DNA from: Lachnospiraceae bacterium
GTDB lineage: Bacteria; Bacillota; Clostridia; Lachnospirales; Lachnospiraceae
NCBI GenBank assembly: GCA_017474455.1
Contig: JAFVHP010000029.1
Location: forward strand, 16,942-80,941
Length of the DNA stretch: 64,000 nucleotides
Direction: 5' to 3'
Of this stretch, positions 58,979 to 64,000 are shown piece by piece (position 1 is the first letter of the stretch; the number at the start of each line of letters is the position of its first letter). The translations under genes and the position numbers were made by a program. Below the pieces are notes generated by a model, which was not told the origin of the DNA, searched no databases, and saw only the letters and a program-made list of their open reading frames with translations.

Positions 58979-61900
58979 ATGGACAATTCGTCACGCTTTG
59001 CCCGGGGAATGGGCAGGCAGCAGTTTCATGCTTCTGCCGCTCCGCTGACCTTTTCGGCCCAGCTGATCGAACACCAGCTTTCTCCCGGTGAAGTAAAGGA
59101 AGCATCCTTTACGATATACAGCCAGAATGAAGAAGGGCTGGAAGGAGAGATATCTTCCTCCCAGGCTTTTGTCAGGCCTGTCACCCGCACTTTTTCCGGA
59201 AACGCGGAAGAGATCACATATAAGGTGAGCGCCGCCGCATTTGATGACGGCGATACAGCCGAAGGATTTTTCAGGATCATATCCAGCCAGGGTGAATATA
59301 CCCTGCCTTACCAGATCACCGTCAGACAGAAGGAACTGACATCCCCGATCGGTATCATCGAAAATCTGAACCACTTCGTTTCACTGGCCAGGACCAACTG
59401 GAAACAGGCATGCGCACTGTTCTATTCTCCTGATTTTGAAAGAGTGCTCGAAAATGAGCCGCTGCGGCTCCGTACTGTTTACAGGGGGCTTTCCGGCAAT
59501 AAAAACAATGAGCTGAACGTGGATGAATTCCTGATCACGGCGGAGAAGACAAAGGCAGCGGAGTATCTGGCCGACTGCAGGGAGATCCACATGGAGCTCC
59601 ATGAGAGGGATCTGTCGGAACTTGCGTTTTCAGCGGACCAGCGGATAGAAAAGAAGATATCCCTGACAAGGAACGGCTGGGGATATACACGGCTGCGGTT
59701 CGAATCCAGCGGTGATTTTATCTATCTTACCAGATCGGTCATGGATGCTTCCGAATTTGAGGGCAATCACAGTTCGTTCTCATACAGGATAGATCCGGAG
59801 AGGCTCCACCCCGGCCGTAATTTCGGCGAGATCCGGATTCTTGCGCCTTTTACTTCGATCCGGATACCGGTCGAGATCCATCTGAAGGTCCACGCGTCGG
59901 CGAAGTATTCCATCGAGAAGGAAAAGAAGAGACTCTGTCTGCAGATCATGCAGGATTATGAAGCCTACCGCGGCAGGAAGCTGGGCGGAAGAGAGTGGCT
60001 GGAAAGGACGAACGCCTGCGCACAGAGACTTTCCGCAATAGACCGTTCCGATCCCGTTCCCGTCCTGTACCAGATCCATGCTGCCCTGACCGGCGGAAGG
60101 TCAAAAGACGCCATGATGGAACTGGACAGGCTGTGCAGGAAAATGGCCAGGACTGATGCCGGCGAAGCGGAAGAGTTTTCCCTGAAGCGGTATGAAGCGG
60201 AAGATGAAACGGCGTACTGTTACCGGATGTATCTGACATCTTTGTGCAACGCTGAGGATGAAGAAATAACGGAAGCCGCAGCTTCCATTATTGAAGAGGC
60301 GCATAAGCGGGAGCCGGCGAACTGGAGGATATCCTGGCTGCTTATGTATTCTTCCCAGGAATACCTGACCAGGCCGGCAGCAGTATGGCAGGAACTGGCC
60401 CGTCTGTATGACGAGGGAGTAAGAAGCCCTGTCATTTATATAGAAGCCATGCACATTATCCAGACCAACCCCGCTATGCTGACGGAGCTTTCGGATTTTG
60501 AACTGCAGGTCCTTCATTACGGCGCCAAAAAGGGCGAGCTCTCGCCTTCTGTCATTACCCAGATCAACTATCTTTCCAAACGGGCCAGGGCCTTTTCGAA
60601 AAGGCTCTACCGGATCCTGGTAAGCGGATATGAGGCCAGCACTTCCGAAGCAGGCAGGAGAGAAACGCTGGAGAGTATCTGTATCCTGCTGATAAAAGGG
60701 AACATGACGGATCCGCAGTACTTTGACTGGTACAGGAAAGGGGTCGACGAGGGGCTCCAGCTGACCAGGCTGTTCGAATACTACCTGATGTCCATGCCGG
60801 AAGACGCCGAGATAGAGATACCCCGGATCGTGCTGATGTATTACCAGTACCAGGCTGCACCCGAAAGTTTTCCGGCAGCCCATCTTTACCGCTATATCTG
60901 GGAGAACCGTGACGAAGATCCTGAAATGTACGGTCATTACGAACAGAGGATCGATGAATTTACACTGGAACAGATCCGCCTTCACAGGATAAACGATCAC
61001 CTGGCCGTACTTTATGACAGATATCTGAAGCTGCATGTCCCTGACGACGAAACGGCTAAAAGCCTGATACCGCTTCTGTTTACCGGCCGGCTGGCGATCA
61101 CGCGTCCGGCGATCCGCAGGGTATTCCTGCTCTATGACAGCTGTCAGAGAGAAATGGAATGGCCGATGGAAGACGGCGTATGCGTAATGCCGGTCTACGG
61201 CGACGACAACCAGGTCTTTTTTGAAGACGACGCAGGGAACCGTTACGCCAGGAGCATAGCCAGCGCGTTCGACAGATGGATGGATTATGAAAAATACAGT
61301 GAGACGATGGAGTACTTTGATCCGGGAGAGTTCTGCTATGATCTGTACCTCTCGTCTCTCGGGGATGCGCGCTTTGCCATAACAGACGAGAGGATCCAGA
61401 GATTTTTGCGTCTGTCCAGAAGTGAAAGGCTGCTGTTTAGCTGCAGGCAGGACTTAAAGCTCCGGCTCCTTAAATATTACGAGGATAACGGGCAGATCGG
61501 CCAGATGCGCAGCTTCCTGGAGACCATGCCGCCTGCTTTCAGGGACCGCAGTGAAAGAGGAGAGCTGGTCCATTATCTGGTGGAAGCCGGTCTGTTTGCA
61601 AAAGCGCTGGAATGGATCAGGCTCTACGGCACTTCTTCCGTGGACAGCCACGATCTTCTTCTCATGGTGTGCGGCATCCTGGAGGAAGGAGCACCCGAAG
61701 ATGATCCGGAGTTCGCGCAGATCGCGCATACCGCGTACCTGGGCGGAAAATATAATGAAAAACTTCTCGCCTATCTGGCGCAGGAATTTGACGGGCTGAC
61801 CGGGGAACTGGAACAGATCAGGACTTCCATGCGGGGCTTTTCCATGGATGACCAGGCAATCTGCAGGAGGATGGCGCTGCAGTGTCTTTACACGGGTGAG

Positions 61901-62653
61901 CAGCCGTCCGATATGGATGCCCTGACCAGGCGGCTTGCGGATGCGTCGGAGTCTTCCGAACTGATCGCGTCGCTCCTGGCCCAGAGTTCCCACTATTATG
62001 TCGTATTCGGAAAAACGCCCGGTACCGGCGTGATCCGGCAGATAGGACTGTACGGAAGGGGAGGGGAGGCCCTGCTTGATGTCTGCAGGATCGCGTACCT
62101 TAAGTATTACGCGGCCCTTCAGGGAGAACTGAACCAGGATCAGTCGGAGGTCATCAGGCTGTTCCTTAAGGACCTGCTCAGGGAAGGCATCATCTTCCCG
62201 TTCTTCCGCCAGTTCACGGCACTGGCTCCCGAACTCTCCGCTTATGCGGACGAGACACTGGTGGAATATGACGATCCCATGCGGAAAGGCACGCACATCG
62301 TCTATCATTACTGCCTGGACGATCCGGGCAAGAGCCAGATCTTCTCACGACGCGATATGCAGGAGATGTATGAAGGCATTTACGTGACCGGGTTCCTGCT
62401 GTTCTTCGGAGAACAGATGCATTATTTCATAACGGACGACGAGGATGAAAAGAATATCGTAGAAAGCGGGACGGTCGGGCAGGACGCCAGGATATCCGAC
62501 AACCTGACGGACAGATTCGGCAGGATCAACAGTATCGAGCAGCAGCTGACGCTCCACCGGGCAAAGGAAGCCTTTTTGGCACTGGAAGAATACGACAGGC
62601 TCTCTTTCCTTGTTTCGCAGCTGTTTGAAGATCATGGGAATACGGAAGGATAA
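58979..62653 (+). CDS. DUF5717 family protein (two N-terminal Ig/BACON-like domains, long alpha-helical region)
   Basis: 1224 aa. GEYTLPYQI, LHPGRNFGEI, LTRLFEYY, C-terminal YEGIYV..F.LFFGE...YFI recalled for this Lachnospiraceae family. Confidence 0.72.
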   Translation: MDNSSRFARGMGRQQFHASAAPLTFSAQLIEHQLSPGEVKEASFTIYSQNEEGLEGEISSSQAFVRPVTRTFSGNAEEITYKVSAAAFDDGDTAEGFFRIISSQGEYTLPYQITVRQKELTSPIGIIENLNHFVSLARTNWKQACALFYSPDFERVLENEPLRLRTVYRGLSGNKNNELNVDEFLITAEKTKAAEYLADCREIHMELHERDLSELAFSADQRIEKKISLTRNGWGYTRLRFESSGDFIYLTRSVMDASEFEGNHSSFSYRIDPERLHPGRNFGEIRILAPFTSIRIPVEIHLKVHASAKYSIEKEKKRLCLQIMQDYEAYRGRKLGGREWLERTNACAQRLSAIDRSDPVPVLYQIHAALTGGRSKDAMMELDRLCRKMARTDAGEAEEFSLKRYEAEDETAYCYRMYLTSLCNAEDEEITEAAASIIEEAHKREPANWRISWLLMYSSQEYLTRPAAVWQELARLYDEGVRSPVIYIEAMHIIQTNPAMLTELSDFELQVLHYGAKKGELSPSVITQINYLSKRARAFSKRLYRILVSGYEASTSEAGRRETLESICILLIKGNMTDPQYFDWYRKGVDEGLQLTRLFEYYLMSMPEDAEIEIPRIVLMYYQYQAAPESFPAAHLYRYIWENRDEDPEMYGHYEQRIDEFTLEQIRLHRINDHLAVLYDRYLKLHVPDDETAKSLIPLLFTGRLAITRPAIRRVFLLYDSCQREMEWPMEDGVCVMPVYGDDNQVFFEDDAGNRYARSIASAFDRWMDYEKYSETMEYFDPGEFCYDLYLSSLGDARFAITDERIQRFLRLSRSERLLFSCRQDLKLRLLKYYEDNGQIGQMRSFLETMPPAFRDRSERGELVHYLVEAGLFAKALEWIRLYGTSSVDSHDLLLMVCGILEEGAPEDDPEFAQIAHTAYLGGKYNEKLLAYLAQEFDGLTGELEQIRTSMRGFSMDDQAICRRMALQCLYTGEQPSDMDALTRRLADASESSELIASLLAQSSHYYVVFGKTPGTGVIRQIGLYGRGGEALLDVCRIAYLKYYAALQGELNQDQSEVIRLFLKDLLREGIIFPFFRQFTALAPELSAYADETLVEYDDPMRKGTHIVYHYCLDDPGKSQIFSRRDMQEMYEGIYVTGFLLFFGEQMHYFITDDEDEKNIVESGTVGQDARISDNLTDRFGRINSIEQQLTLHRAKEAFLALEEYDRLSFLVSQLFEDHGNTEG

Positions 62654-62655
62654 TT

Positions 62656-63912
62656 ATGCTATTTGTCAGGTCTGTTGAAAAAAAATATATGATCGGTTTC
62701 GACATAGACGACGATGCCGCACAGATGTCCTATTCGATGCAGGCTGCGGAACCCGAGACCTTTTCGGTATCCGGCGACGGGGAAGAGATGGATATCCCGG
62801 CTGCACTCTGCAAGAAGAAAGGTGAAAACATCTGGTCCTTCGGGAGTGAGGCGATCCACGCGGCATCGGAAGACGGCGGTGAACTGATCCTGAACCTGCT
62901 GGACAATTCGCTGTACGAAACGGAGATCATGGTGGACGGGGAGACATATGAACCGTGGGCGCTGCTGTCCCTGTTTGTCAGCAAATGCCTGTCCCTCCTG
63001 TTTGAAAAGATACCGAAAACGCAGGTAGGCGCCATGATGTTCACGTCCAGGAGAATGGATCCGCAGATGGTCGGGATACTGGAAAAGGTACAGGAGAGGC
63101 TCCTTCTTCCTTTCCCTGTGTTTTTTGAGCCCCATGAGGATTCGTTTTACCACTATATGCTGATGCAGGACGATGCATTCAGGAAAAACGGCGTCCTTCT
63201 GTACGAGATGGACAAAAATGACAGAATGAATGTCTCAAGGCTGATGTTCAATACCCGCACCGAACCGGTCGTCGCTTACATAGAAAAAGGAGCTTATTCC
63301 AGCCTTTCCGGAGACGATACCGCAAGGGATATGGAATTCCTTGATATCCTGCAGAGGGAGCTGGCCATGCGCCATCTGGACGCAGCCTATCTGATCGGAG
63401 ACGGTTTCAAGGGCGGATGGATGAAAAGCTCAGTCACTTATCTTCTGAGGGGCAGGCGCGTATTCCAGGGCAACAACCTGTTCAGCAAAGGTGCGGCTTA
63501 CGGCGCACTTTTCAAATGTGCCAGTCACGATATAACCGAAAAGTATTTCTTCCTTGGGGAGACCAGGCTGAAGATGAATATCGGGATCTATGCCCTGAAC
63601 AAGGACAGCGAAAAGTATATTTCGCTTCTTGATGCCGGCACCAACTGGTATGAAGCAGAGTCGGAAACGGATATAATACTGGAGAACGGAAATGAGATCG
63701 TGATCGCGATGATACCTCTGCAGGGCGGGGACAGAATGGATTACCGCATCCGGCTGGACGAACTGCCGGTCAGGGATGACAGGCTGACCAGGATCAGGAT
63801 CAGGCTGACCATGCCTGCCAGGGACAGACTGCTGGCCGAGATCACGGATCTGGGATTCGGAGATATCTTTGCATCCACCAGGCTTCGATGGAGAAAGGAG
63901 ATCACGCTGTGA
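62656..63912 (+). CDS. DUF5716 family protein (degenerate Hsp70/actin-like fold)
   Basis: IGFDID, YLIGDGF, NLFSKGAAYGA, LLDAGTNWYE, DLGFGDIF. Directly follows DUF5717. Confidence 0.72.
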   Translation: MLFVRSVEKKYMIGFDIDDDAAQMSYSMQAAEPETFSVSGDGEEMDIPAALCKKKGENIWSFGSEAIHAASEDGGELILNLLDNSLYETEIMVDGETYEPWALLSLFVSKCLSLLFEKIPKTQVGAMMFTSRRMDPQMVGILEKVQERLLLPFPVFFEPHEDSFYHYMLMQDDAFRKNGVLLYEMDKNDRMNVSRLMFNTRTEPVVAYIEKGAYSSLSGDDTARDMEFLDILQRELAMRHLDAAYLIGDGFKGGWMKSSVTYLLRGRRVFQGNNLFSKGAAYGALFKCASHDITEKYFFLGETRLKMNIGIYALNKDSEKYISLLDAGTNWYEAESETDIILENGNEIVIAMIPLQGGDRMDYRIRLDELPVRDDRLTRIRIRLTMPARDRLLAEITDLGFGDIFASTRLRWRKEITL

Positions 63913-64000
63913 GCCAGGTATACGAGGCGACAGGCAGATACGCAAAGGAACCGTACCGTCTGGACAGATTCGAGCGCAATATCTATACTCTGGAAGAACT
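63909..64000 (+). CDS. Hypothetical protein (3' truncated), third gene of the DUF5717/DUF5716 operon
   Basis: GTGA overlap with the DUF5716 stop. MSQVYEATGRYAKEPYRLDRFERNIYTLEE is open to the window end. Confidence 0.6.
   Translation, partial: MSQVYEATGRYAKEPYRLDRFERNIYTLEE

Noticed and set aside
1-64000. Numerous long antisense or alternate-frame ORFs in the six-frame track (e.g. 6253-6996, 9849-10727, 52802-53791, 60101-61036)
   Set aside because: They lie opposite well-supported genes, lack RBS or recognisable motifs, and are expected shadows of GC3-rich codon usage.
1-64000. CRISPR array, tRNA, rRNA, IS element or integrase
   Set aside because: No regularly spaced identical repeats, cloverleaf/T-arm context, transposase or recombinase motifs were seen. 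The longest intergenic gaps are under 300 nt.

Overview
Chromosomal 64-kb window from a Lachnospiraceae-like anaerobic Firmicute, inferred from DUF6145, DUF5716/DUF5717, the Clostridia-type htpG and the potABCD arrangement. Almost all genes are on the + strand. I saw no rRNA, tRNA, CRISPR array, integrase or transposase. In order: end of a surface-polysaccharide cluster (GT2, WcaJ-type priming transferase, GT2); small alarmone synthetase; coiled-coil protein + LysM/G5/M23 peptidase; murA; an accessory block (TIM-barrel isomerase, FMN riboswitch + RibU, VOC, Gfo/Idh/MocA, MATE, VWA lipoprotein, a C-glycoside deglycosidase alpha/beta pair, AraC fused to a GH39-like domain); argF-birA-DUF6145-dusB; a 10-gene Mrp/Mnh-like operon with four MrpA/D-type subunits and no redox module; MATE; two GT-C-type membrane proteins; Fur-family regulator; trmL; a frameshifted ~1740-aa sortase-anchored adhesin with a structured leader; potABCD; an orphan cI/Cro-like pair; MATE; CorA; an Old-Yellow-Enzyme-family Fe-S flavoprotein; an ABC transporter lacking its ATPase; CIRCE + htpG; and the DUF5717-DUF5716 operon, which runs off the end. 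Best leads: the C-glycoside cleavage module with its putative pseudo-glycosidase sensor, the four-channel Mrp-like complex, and the degenerate Hsp70-like DUF5716/DUF5717 module. All family assignments come from motif recognition by eye; no database search was run.
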